Source of the DNA: Adineta vaga
Lineage: Eukaryota > Animalia > Rotifera
Reading direction: 5' to 3'
DNA: 64,000 bases
Assembly (NCBI GenBank): GCA_021613535.1
Contig: CP075496.1
Coordinates: 4,588,001 to 4,652,000, forward strand
Below are positions 51,712 through 64,000 of this stretch, in pieces. Under the pieces are notes generated by a model, which saw only the letters and a list, made by a program, of their open reading frames with translations, was not told the origin of the DNA and did no database searches. A program made the translations under genes and the position numbers. Each line of letters begins with the position of its first letter. Position 1 is the first letter of the stretch.

Positions 51712-53365
51712 TTATTGAAAATTTCCTGTTCGATTAATACACGTGTCAATACATTGTTCTTTCTTCATGAATTGATTTTCATTACCTTTACATCCAGAAT
51801 ATTCAAATTGTCGACATTCTTTGCTTTTATTATCATAATACCACATATCCATACGTCCTAAACATTCGCCTCGATCTGGTGATGGAGCACAGGCTACAAA
51901 TGAAATCATTCGTATATAAATAAATATATGTATCCAATTTCAATAGAAATCAACTTACTAATACATTCTAAATGACATTCATGTAGTGTAAGAAAATTAT
52001 TTTCATTTCCACCCAAACCACGATAAACAAAGAGATGGCATGTATCTTGATCAGGATGATAATACCAACGATTGTGATATCGTGCATCAATATCATGAAA
52101 ACCAGCATCTCGCGGTTGATAACAACGTGTTGGACGATCTAGCAAAAAAATTAAATGATTTTTCTTTCGTTTAATTTCGATGGTTTACCATGTTCAGTGC
52201 CATTTTGTGGTTGACAATAAGGATGTCCTTCTTCTGTGATGACACATATATCATTACCAAAACATGGATAATTCTATAGAATTAAGTTGTGTTTTTTTTG
52301 CAAGAAAAGACAACAAAACTTCATCACTTACGTCACATGGTGGAGTACAGAGACATGTATCATTAAGAATTTCAAAACCATAGAGACATTCTTTTAAACA
52401 TTGACATGATAAATCACATATAGGAATTGCTATTGCTTTTGATGATGAATTAGAAGATTCATTGGAATTTTGAAATGTGTCAAATGCATTTATTTCTGAA
52501 TCATTCAAAGATATATCAGGATCAATTGAAATAATCGCATCTTTTTGAGAGAGATTTGTGTTATTAGAATATTCATCAACTGATTCAATTGAAAATGTAG
52601 TATTGTTGGAAGAAATCGTAGGATAATCTATTGTAACATTAGAAAATACTGTTCCAAAAGTAATTGATTCATTTTGTACTGAAATTTGAGTAGGAATCAT
52701 TGCAATAGATGTAGATTCTAATTCATTAGATTCTGTTTTGTTGTTCGTTGTAACTTCATTCATATTTGTTACTAATATTTCTGCATTTGTTATTGCAAAA
52801 CTTGTATGATTATGATTTGGAAACAGTTCTTCAATATTTGCATTCGTTATTTGATCATTCGTTTGATTTAATTCCGATAAATCTTGTCGTAATAATGGAT
52901 ATCGAATCGTTGTATTGTCATCTGATTGTATATCAATTGTTGTTATATTGTCGAGAAACAAAGATGTAGTATTATTCGAATATTCAGTGACTAATAAATT
53001 CAATTCAGTTGTTTCAAGACTTTCTATAGTACTGTTCATAGTTGAACTGAATGGAAGACTATCATCTGAATTATTCAAAGAAATTTCTACTTCATCATTA
53101 TCTCCATGTCTTGACCAACGTTTTAACCGTTTCAATAAAGGTAATTGAGAATTCATATATTCTGATCGATAAAATTCATTGTTAACACTTGAAAAATTAG
53201 GATTATTTTCAACTGAATATAATGAAAAATGAAGACTAGCTGCATTAGTCCACTAAGAAAGATAGAATAATGAATAAACTATACAAATGTCATATATATA
53301 TTACTTACATGTGTGATCAGGATTAAAAACAATAGAGATAGCATACATGAACAATAGTTAGTCAT
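51712..53365 (-). CDS. Secreted protein with a Ser/Thr/Asn-rich stalk, a Cys-rich module and two C-terminal Kunitz/BPTI domains
   Basis: Signal peptide MTNYCSCMLSLLFLILITH. Kunitz 1: CYQPRDAG...RWYY...CHLFVYRGLGGNENNFLTLHECHLEC. Kunitz 2: CAPSPDRGECLGRMDMWYY...CRQFEYSGCKGNENQF...CIDTC. Confidence 0.88.
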
Positions 53366-54848
53366 GTTTGTGTTTGCAATAACACAATGTTCAAATGAAT
53401 AAGAAATTTCTTTTCCTTTATACAAAATGAGTAGAGAATACAAGAAAAAATACTATATATCCTTCGTTTCTGTTTGTTTTTCTGCTATGCTTTGATAACG
53501 TAATACTCATCATGATAATGGACAATCAATATCTGCTATGTTGCTCTTTCTTCGTACTGTTCGATGTAATTTCTTGATAATCGACCTATGGTCAAGCGCA
53601 TAATTCTTCTTCTTCTTCTTCTCCTTAGTTTACATTATCATTACAAAACATAATTTCTCTTCGATGTTGTTTTGTTTTCTGTCATAATCTCTCTCTCTCT
53701 TTTTTGTTCTTGTACTGGATGGTTAACGAGATAAAGTAAACTGACCCTTATCATAAAAATACAAACACATTTCATAATCGATTTCTTCTTTCTTTCTTGA
53801 CTACATAAATTATACGTTTTTTTTAAACGTGCATATCATTTATGTCAATTTCATCTATTCAAATATGAATATAAAAGGAGTCGAACAATTCTTTTGTTTA
53901 TCTTTCAAGGTCTTCGTATAATTATAGTTTCTATTATGATTGTTGTTTTGTTATGATGAACAAGCAACAATGAGGAAATTCTTGATTACATAATCCCATT
54001 TTGTGTTTCATTTCATCAGATGTATACCGATAATAACTGTCCTTTGTTCATATTGTGCAACCAGATCACTTTCGATGATAATCTGAACAAGAAGAGCCAT
54101 CGGTCACTGTTCGCGTGATTGCTATCGACTTCTTTCAATACGATTATCCTCATTAGAACAGAACATAATTATCCAAATTCTTCTTCTTCTTCTTGTTTAT
54201 GACGTAATCAAGAAGCAAAAAGTCTACATACAACTTGAATAGATATCAAAAAGGAACTTCTTACATGAAATTAATAAAATATTAATATTAGACTGAACTT
54301 TCGTTTACATAATTTCTTTCTGGCATGCATTTCTTTAGAAGACAAACATTTTTGATTATTAAATTGCACCTTCATCCATTATCGCATTCAAATGTATGTT
54401 TCGCTTGAAGCAAGAACTTTTTGTCTGTTCACCCGCACTTGAAAAATGCATGCTACAGATACCTGAGATTTAATTGTACGGTTTGAATCAAATTCAGACT
54501 TCGTTCTTTTTCTTTCTCTCTTCTCTTTTTTTTGACATATGCACGCTCACATCCCTTTCTACACGCAAATACTAGTCAATTCTTCATATAAAAGAACAAG
54601 TGAAACAGAGAGAGAGAGAGAAAGAGAAACGTTAAATAAAGAAAAAGTGAATAGAATGGCAGTATATTCTCGTCTAAAATACAAGGTAACGAACATTTTA
54701 TGAAGCATTTCTTTTTTTTTGTCAATATTAATTTCTAGATCTTCCTATCCTAACCATTTTGAACGATCAATTATTTTTGTTTTCTTGTTAGTTGAAAAGT
54801 AAGCAAATTATTTACAATTTACTGTACATCAATTACATTCATATTCGA

Positions 54849-56590
54849 ATGTTTTCAACGGATGAAAATTATCAACATTATCCTATAATTAAACAATCGA
54901 AAGTACGAAAATTATGTAGATATGCATCATCGATCAGTAGTAATGGAAGTGGAAGTTCAGTAAATAATTCTCCAAATAGTAGTAAACAAAAACTTTTCTA
55001 TCATAATGGTGATACCGATGATGGTTATGCAAGTTTTACTACGACAAGTACACTCTTAGGTAGTAATAATAGTTCAACATTACATAGAGATGATAGTTTA
55101 TATTATACATCTGGTTCGGAAGGTTTATTATCGAGAAAACCATCATTATTATCACGAACTGTTGCTGAAAGTGAATCAGATAAATCACAACTCTCTGATG
55201 ATGATGATTTAGAAGATTTAGTCGATTGGTCTTCATTGAATCAACAAGTTCGAACACTTGTTTCTCGTTTTGATAAGTGGCTTCATAATCCATTGCCTGA
55301 TCGTTGTATACCTATTAAAAAATCTTATGTTGAACATGCATATCCTGTTTTACAACGGCGAACATCTTCCATTCCTCTAGCGATTAATTTAGCCACTGAC
55401 GATACACATCAACTTTCAAATCAATCAAATTATGCTGTTAATTTTGTACAAAATAATTATACTACTAGACAAAAATCGAATCTTTCACAGAAAAGTGCGC
55501 AATCCCATGTACATTTCAATCTTCACACTGAACAGGTTTAAATTTCAACATGTTAATGACATTTCTTTAAATAATTCTTATATTTCTTAGCTTCAACATT
55601 GTACAACATGTTCAAGACTTATTCAATTAACTTCTGCAATAAATACACAACGACTTTCCATAACATGTCCTTATTGTGAACAAATTTATTGTAGTAAAAT
55701 ATGTCAAAAATCCGACTGGCCTATACATAAACGTCAATGTCGTCTTGCTAATTCGTATTCATGTTGTGGACATATCTTATATTTAATGAAAAGTAATATA
55801 TGTGTATTAAAACGTTTAAGTACATTAGCATCAAGTGGATATTTATCATCAGGACGTGGTGCAACATTACTCTATTTTGATAATATGAAAGAAGCTGATC
55901 TTTATGTTCAATCAGATACCATTGAAAATACACGTTTAATGGCTATTTATTGGGCATTAACTGATGAAAAAACAACACCTGCGATAGAAAATCTTCGTAC
56001 AACAGAATATGAACATTTGAAAACACTTTGCATGAAATATGATCCGAGTACGGAATTTGTTTGTCATGTCACTATACGAGTTGATGGTGGAGAGAAAAGT
56101 AAGGATACAATTTGAAGTATTTTATGAAATTTATTCTTTCAATTGAATAGATATATCATCTAATACATGTGTTAGTCGAACGATTGTTTATAAACTAGTA
56201 AAAAGTCCATTGAATTATCAAGAAAATCTACATTCATCTTCAGATTCATATCCAACTTTATATCTAACATCATTAAATTATGATCATGCAACTGAAGATC
56301 ATCATCATATGCGTCAAGTCTTTTTTGCTAAATTACAAGTTGAATTACGTGAACGTGGAATTGAAATTGAACAACATTATCCTGAATTGTATCATAAATT
56401 ATGTGATTATATATCAACAAATTCTAATCAAGAATATGTTCTACCATTTACACCTATATGTTTATTTATGAAACATCGACATACTCAACAATTATTTATG
56501 TGTGTTATTACACCCGAATCTGAACCAGATCGTTCATGGTTACTTGATCGTTGTTTAATTGAAAGACAATTGACTCATATGAATAACTGA
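54849..56590 (+). CDS. Apical junction component 1 (AJM1/C9orf172)-like protein with a MYND-like Cys cluster
   Basis: CPYCEQIYCSKICQKSDWPIHKRQC...CGHILYL...LSTLASSGYLSSGRGATLLYF...CMKYDPSTEFV...LQVELRERGI resembles the conserved AJM1 C-terminal region as I recall it. The start may be further upstream (ATG 54656 with a GT donor). Confidence 0.65.
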
Positions 56591-57603
56591 TTTTCATAGA
56601 TTTAAAACAGAAATATACATACATACATATATATTTTTAGACTCTAATAAACAATTTGATAGTATATAAAATAATATGCCTATAGTGAGCAATTATTTCT
56701 TCTTTCTTCTCGCGACTGTATTTGTTTAGCTGATATGGCAAGACAGATTAGTTGACGTCGTTAATTCAAGCAAAACTTCTTTTGAAAGAATAGTTATTTA
56801 CTGATGTGGTAATAAATGTCTTCAGGTGAAATATATTGAACTATTAAAAGACATGTATTAATGATTAGATTCATTTTTCTCTCAAGTATTTGTTGATAGA
56901 AGACTATATACTATACATAAGAGAATAAGTAACAGAAATGATATTTGAACAAAGATTGTATGACACAATTGTCGTTATTTATTAATTCATTATTTATCGT
57001 TGATTTCGATCTTTCAAAAAAAAAGCGTTTTTATCTTAATGACTTTTTATTAACTTTTACAGTCTGTAAGAGAATTTTATGAAAAGCAAGATTTATTGGT
57101 TTCATGAAGCCTTTTTCTTGCTCACTAAGTGTATTGATTTTTTTTTGTTGACAATCATTCATTGGATTCGTTTTAATTAGTAATCAATGTTATAATTTAA
57201 GAAATGATTTTTACTTTTGTCTATGGAAAATAGTCATGATAAATTGATGAGATTCGTCGTTTATAATCATAGTTGATGGCTAAGAGAAAAACAATCTTTT
57301 GAAATATATGTGTATGACGAAGTATCGCCTACGAATTTGTTAAAGATGAATTTAATGAACTTAATGGTGTGATTACATATCGATGTGCCTTTCATAAATA
57401 CAGAAGAAAATATCATATATATATCGATAACAACAATATAATGTTAGAATTATGAGAGAGAGAGAGAGAGAAAGGAATAGAATATTTACAAGTTTGATGA
57501 ACTCAACCTTCTCCATACTTCTAAAACAGAGTATCGTCTTATAAGATGAATAATTAAATAGCAACGAACAAGAAAGAACATTTGTTTGTCATTTTAGAAC
57601 ATT

Positions 57604-60600
57604 ATGAATTATTATCGTTTACAAATGAAACATCGACTTTATTTACTAGTATTGATCATTACATTGTTTCAATGTATGTTTGAGAAAAGATTTCTTACAA
57701 TGATTTTCTATTTTATTTTTATATTCTAGCAATTCAAAGTCAATGTTCAGGCGGAATATGGCCTATACAAGACACGAATATTGGTTCATTTACTATTTCA
57801 TGGAGATATAATATGGCTTCAAATACTGTTCAATTTATTATTGAAGGTAAATTTATCATTTCATATTAACTTTCAATTCATTTGTTCTCTCGTGAAATAT
57901 TAGGAAAAGCAATCGACAGTATTAATCTTGCATCTACTTATATTGCACTTGGATGGTCGGATACAGCACCAACTATGGTGTGTGCTTCTCACTTTCAAAT
58001 TGAAGTTTTTATTAAAATAATTATTCTTTTCTGCATGTCTTTAGAATAATATGGATGTTGCGATGTACTTTCTTGGAACTCAGATAGTTCAAGATCGGTA
58101 TGTTTTGTTTTGTCATTATGATAATACATATCATACTTTTTTTTTATAGATATTCTCGTAGTCATGCTGTACCGACGATTGATAATCAACAAGATTTTTG
58201 TGTTATTCGTACGAATACTACGGATAAAAATATCTATGTAGCATTTGAACGTTTCGTAACAACAGGAGATTCAAATGATATTAGTTTTATTTCAAATCTC
58301 TATTTAATGTTCTCTATCGGATCGTATACATTCACTAATAGTTACAATCCTCAACAACATTTCTATCGTATTCCCTATCAAACAAGTATTAATCTAATTA
58401 GTTGTATATCAAGTAAATAAAATATATTTTTCTATTGAAAAAGAAAAAAAACAAAATCTATATACTACTTTCTAATTTAGATGGTTGTTTAACAACAAGT
58501 TGTCTCATTCCATCTTGTCCATGTTTACAACAAATAACAACGGGTTCTGCACAATGTGTTTGTTTTCCACCATCATCATGTATTTCAGGTTCAACAATAA
58601 CACCCCGTACAACAACATCGATACCAGTTGGAATTCAACCTGTCTCAACATCGATTACGGGTTCATGTCAAAATCAAACGAATCCATGTTCATCAAATGG
58701 AATATGTATTCAAACATCAACAACACAATATACATGTCAATGCAAAAATAATTATACAGGTGTATTTTGTCAAACAACATTAGGAGAAAATAATATCATT
58801 CTGGCAAATTTATGTCAATGTCAAAATGGAGGTACCTGTTTAGCAAATGGAACTTGTTTATGTAGTAGTCTTTTTCGAGGAAAATTTTGTCAAATAAGTA
58901 TGATGAATTGACTATTTATATACATATGTATATATTCATTAGATACATGAATTTTAGATAATCCTTGTATTACTTATTGTCGAAATAATGGTGCTTGTTC
59001 AGTTGCTTGTACGGATACAACATGTGCTACACCAGTGTGTACTTGTGGAAGTGATAGTACTGGTGTACAATGTGAAACAACTGTGGATGGACCGTGTCAA
59101 ACAAGTACATGTTTAAGTGGAAATTGTGTAACACTATCAAATGGAACAACACAATGCCAATGTAATAGTGGATATTTTGGAAGTCGTTGTAATTTGAGTA
59201 AGAAAGAAAGAAAGAAAATAATATGAATTAAAACAAAAGTTGAGAAAATATTTGTTTTCATATAGTCAATAGTTGTCTATCAAATCCATGTAATCAAGGT
59301 ACTTGTTTAGCATCATCAAATTGTCAAGGTGTCCTCTGTAGTTATTCATGTCTTTGTCCAACTGGTATAACAGGTTAGTATTTTGCATATTTTAATCTAT
59401 GTATTAAACAACAAATCAAATAGGTACAAATTGTGAAAATGGTAATAATCCATGTGTCAGTAATCCATGTCAAAATAAAGGTACTTGCCAACAATCAGCG
59501 AATAGATATACATGTAAATGCGCATTACCATATGGTGGAACACATTGTGACTTAATTATTAATGTTTGTACGCCAAATCCTTGCTTTAATAATGGTGAAT
59601 GTGTTCGAAGTAGTGATATACAAGATGGTACATATCGATGTAATTGTCAAAATGGTTTTATTGGTGCAAGTTGTGAATATGGTATGGAACATGAAATTCT
59701 ATATAAACAAAAGAATATTTTGTAGATCGAGATTTTTTCTAAGAAGAGTTTTGTTTCTATAACTTTAGTAAGTGGTTGTATATCATCACCGTGTCGAAAT
59801 GGTGGTCAATGTATTTCATCGACTACAAATTGTTCGTTGACAACATGTCCTGCAAGTTGTAAATGTTTAAATGGTACAACTGGTGTTTATTGTGAACAGC
59901 AAAGTATTTCATGTTTGACACAATCGTGTTTAAATGGTGGTATATGTTCTACAAATCCTACAACTAATATTTCTTACTGTCAATGCCTGTCAAATACTAC
60001 TGGTGTTCGGTAAGATGAAATTATTAGTAAATATCCTTTAAAATAATTCACATTATTGTTATTTTAGTTGTGAAACAATTGTCCCAATATGTACGAATAC
60101 AACATGTTCGAATAATGGCGTTTGTTATATCGATGCATCAGGAGGTAATAATCTATTACGATGCATATGTTTGTCGGGATATGCCGGTCAAAATTGTGAA
60201 ATATCAATCAATTCATTGAATTTATGTTCATCAAATCCTTGCGGATATAATGGTACCTGCATTCCAACATCAAATTCATCATACTATTGTATGTGTTCAA
60301 ATGGTGCAGCTGGATCATCATGTAGTTTAAGTAAATTTTAATTCTCGAGAGCTACAAACAATCTAATTGATATGTATTTATTTTAGCTACACTAACATCT
60401 TGTGATAATTCTCCTTGTCATTATTTAGCAACTTGTCAACCAATAACAAACAGCGTTCCGAAAAGTTATGAATGTATTTGTCCAGATTATTTAACTGGTG
60501 ATCGATGTCAATATGTAAATAATTGTCAAAAACAACCATGTTATAATCAAGGTACTTGTATACCATTGGGTCCACAAAACAATTTCATGTGTTTATGTCA

Positions 60601-63335
60601 ACGAGGATTTGGACATTATGATTGTTCGATATGTATGTTATTTTACAATGAGATTTTTCTTCCTCTCAAACAAAAATATCTAATTTTGATATCATAGATT
60701 TGGGTTTATCATGTAGTGCAACTGTTTGCTTAAATGGTGGAACATGTGATTTTAATAGTACTAATATTCGATGTATTTGTCCATCTGGTTTTACAGGAGC
60801 ACGTTGTGAATGGAGTAAGAAGCGAAAAAAGACATTTTTCGATTGAATAAAGATGGAAATAATTCTTAGATTCAGTTTGTTCATCAGATACATGTCTAAA
60901 TGGTGGAACATGTAGACAGACTGCAGCTACAATGGCAGAATGTTTATGTCCAAATGGTTTCACTGGTCCAACATGTGGTTTACGTATGAACGATGTTTTT
61001 GATCAAAAAATAGTTACCACATTTATATATTTTCAGGTGATTCTTGTGTTAACTTTCCATGTAAAAATGGTGCGGCTTGTACGACATTACTGACTGAAAC
61101 AGGTAACAATTGGTCAGCATATCGATGTGTTTGTCCACCGGGACGTTTTGGAGAAAATTGTGATACACGTAAGACCGATAGATATGAATAGATTGTTGCT
61201 TTAATTTTGATTTTTCTTTGTCATATAGCAATTACATCCTGTGCTAGTATTCTCTGTCCAACAAATAAAATTTGTAGTGAACAAGCCACAGGACCTGTAT
61301 GTACATGTTCAGGAAATAAAGTCGGTACATTTTGTCAATATGGTAGGTAGACAAATATTTATTCCTATATATTTGAAAGATGTATTTCACTTGAGTAGAT
61401 ATCGATAGGCTTGAATTTTTGAGAATACTAAATTATTCAAACGAACCTTCCAATTCACTTACGTTTGTTTAGAGAATCCATGTGCAGTTTCATCATCAGT
61501 ATTCTGTCAAAATGGTGGCACATGTGTTTCATCAAATACAGATCCTCCCATAGCTAGTTGTCTATGTCGTACAGGTTTCACCGGTTCTCAATGTAATACA
61601 ATTATACAAAATGATCCGTGTGGTAGTAGTCCATGTGAAAATCGTGGCTATTGTGCATTATCAATGAGTAATGCAACATTTTCATGCATTTGCCGTTCCA
61701 ATTATACCGGTAGTCAATGTGAAAGAAGTGAGAAAAACATATTTCTTTTCCATCGAATTCATGCTTTACCTTTATTTAAATGTTCTTCTCAGCGAATCCA
61801 TGTGTATCATCTCCTTGTTTGAATGGAGCAGTTTGTCAAAGTCAATGGAATACAAAAAATACATGGTTTACATGTAGTTGTGTTGAAACATTTACTGGAA
61901 CAAGATGTGAAACATCATTACTCAATCCATGTGGTGGATTATGTATGAATGGGTATATACATCTCAACTCTTCTCAACTCAATAAATTCATTTCTTTTTT
62001 TTTCTCTCTCTCTCTCTCTTGCTCTCTTTTCAGAAGCCCGTGTGTTAATGGTGTTTGTGTATGTCCTGAACAATATCTAGGAACATATTGTGGATATAGT
62101 AAGTTATTTCTTCTTTCCACGAAATATCTTTAATTATTATTTGTATCGGCTAGCTAATCCATGTCAAAGTTCAATATGTCGAAATGGTGGTCTTTGTGTA
62201 TCAATATATAATTCGACGGGTGTCTCATTTACATGCACTTGTCCACCTCAATACACTGGTCAATATTGCGAAACATATCTAGTTGCACAAACGTCAAATG
62301 CCTGTATTTTACCGTGCTACAATGGAGGTTCTTGTGTTAATGGTCTCTGTATGTGTACATCACAATACGTTGGACCTTCATGTCAATATGGTAAACGAAT
62401 ATTTACGATAAGAAACGAAAATCTTTTCTTTTACAAATTTGTTTTTCTAGAAAATCCGTGTATTAAAAATAATCCATGTTTAAACAGTGGTACCTGTTTT
62501 GGTCGCTATCATTTAAATGGAACTTTATATACCCAATGTTTTTGTTTACAAGGATATACAGGAACGAATTGCGAAGGTTTGATAAATGTTTTTTACGGAT
62601 AATATATGTCTGATCCGTTTTATTTAGCATCCATTTGTTCGTTAACATCCTGTAATGGAGGTAATTGTACGGCAGTTCAAAATACTTTTATATGTTCATG
62701 TCCAACTGGAAAAGTTGGTGATCGTTGTCAAGTAAAAATTCTCCTTTCAAATTATTCTTTTGTTTCATCATGATGATCATCATTTATATTTTAGTACACT
62801 GATGTTTGTGCAAGTAATCCATGTCCGTCAACAGAACGATGCGAACAGAATGGTAGTATCTATCAATGTATGTATTAGCTGGATCTCTAAAAAAAAAGAA
62901 TGATCTCTACGTTCAAATTCCATAGGCGTTTCGTGCTATGATAAAAGTATATACTGTTCAATGTACCAAAATCGTCGTGAATATTGCACTAATCTTTATG
63001 CTATTTTAATCAACGACAGTTATTATTCAACACTTGAAGCATGTCCACTTTCATGTGGTCAATGTGTAGCTACACAAAATTTAAGTGATCGAAGTTCTGA
63101 TGTTATAATCGAAAATGATGAAAGTTATACAAGCGAATTCACAACTACTACTTCAAGTTCATCAACAACGACAGTCTCCAGACCAAATATTATCTTTTCA
63201 CGAGAAGAAAAATGTATTGATCGACTACAGAATTGTGCAGAACAAAAAGCATTGGGTTTTTGTGGTATTCTCAATGCAAAATACCCGGATGATTGTGCTG
63301 AAACATGTCATCCAGTTTGTAAAACAAATTTCTAA
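57604..63335 (+). CDS. Secreted DOMON domain + more than 20 EGF-like repeats + two ShK (ShKT) domains
   Basis: Signal peptide RLYLLVLIITLFQ; DOMON-like TYIALGWSD..PTMNNMDV...VQDRYS...VAFERFVTTGDSND...H; repeated NPC..NGG.C...C.C..GYTG..CE units; C-terminal CYDK...ACPLSCGQC and CIDRLQNC...FC....CAETC. No TM segment seen. Confidence 0.82.
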
Positions 63336-63462
63336 TACATTTAACTTATTTTTTTTCTTTTAAAACAACCCTTGATTTAGTTACAACATTCAAGAATAAA
63401 TATTTTATCAAATAATCATTCTCGAGCAGTTTAACTTAGTGAAATATTCAGTACAGAAATGC

Positions 63463-63534
63463 AGCAGCGTGGCGCAGTGGAAGCGTGCTGGGCTCATAAC
63501 TCAGAGGTCGGTAGATCGAAACTACTCGCTGCTA
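63463..63534 (+). tRNA. tRNA-iMet: Initiator tRNA-Met (CAT)
   Basis: AGCAGCG...CGCTGCT-A acceptor stem with A1-U72, A box TGGCGCAGTGG, anticodon loop CTCATAA, initiator-type T loop GATCGAAAC (A54/A60). Confidence 0.95.
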
Positions 63535-63541
63535 CTATCTC

Positions 63542-63549
63542 TTTTTTTT
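63542..63549 (+). terminator. RNA polymerase III oligo-T terminator
   Basis: Run of 8 T, 7 nt after the tRNA discriminator base. Confidence 0.8.
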
Positions 63550-64000
63550 CTTTCCTCTCGCTGTATGTCTAAGCAATAAACTTACGAAAGGCAAAGAAAA
63601 AGAATTGTTCTTATTGCTATGAAATCTACGAATTGAGATAATGATTAATCTCAAATAACATTAATGATTTTACCAATAGTTACAATCAAAACTAAACTAG
63701 TCTACACTAAATAAATAGAAACCTTATCATTTCTATGACTAACAAAATAAACTGATTCTTTCGAAATCGTTTATTCTGTCATATCAATGTACTTAATCAA
63801 TGGTAACTAAAATAAAATTGACCGTGGCTTCATTCGAACTTTTTTACGTACAAGACTAAAATAATCTTCGAAAAAATATCCTATTTTAATGATAAATTGA
63901 ATAAATAATCAGATTAACAATAATCAAAATTTCGAAAAAGTTCTTCAAGATTCGACTATTTGTTTTCGATGTAAGACGATCACCAAACCACATTATATTA

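Noticed and set aside
53400-54650. Hidden gene or mobile element between the Kunitz and AJM1-like genes
   Set aside because: No ORF with recognisable motifs and no terminal repeats; consistent with divergent promoter and UTR sequence.

Overview
AT-rich (about 70% by eye), gene-dense eukaryotic DNA with many short (about 45-65 nt) GT-AG introns. The style and gene content suggest a metazoan invertebrate, probably a bdelloid rotifer; this is inference and cannot be proven from the window. I can support 17 protein-coding genes and one initiator tRNA-Met. In order: a mucin-like type I membrane protein with a 63-bp tandem array, an intronless peptide GPCR, ACOT13, PDSS1 with NECAP nested on the same strand in its first coding intron, a myosin VII-like MyTH4-FERM myosin, a LOTUS-only MARF1-like gene, Cdx, SH3BP5, SIRT6, a 3R-Myb, an EFCAB6-like gene, a C2H2/AT-hook protein, ISYNA1, a Kunitz protein, an AJM1-like gene and a DOMON-EGF-ShK protein. 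Most notable: (1) SIRT6 is spliced in frame to a phosphomevalonate-kinase-like domain that has no usable start codon of its own. That domain has lost key catalytic and substrate-binding arginines but carries a canonical Walker A, and retention of the junction intron would give stand-alone SIRT6. (2) PDSS1, NECAP and ACOT13 form an interleaved same-strand unit, and SIRT6-PMVK/SH3BP5 show a similar operon-like junction where the polyA signal and splice sites collide. Exon boundaries were read by eye and protein identities come from recalled family motifs, not database searches.
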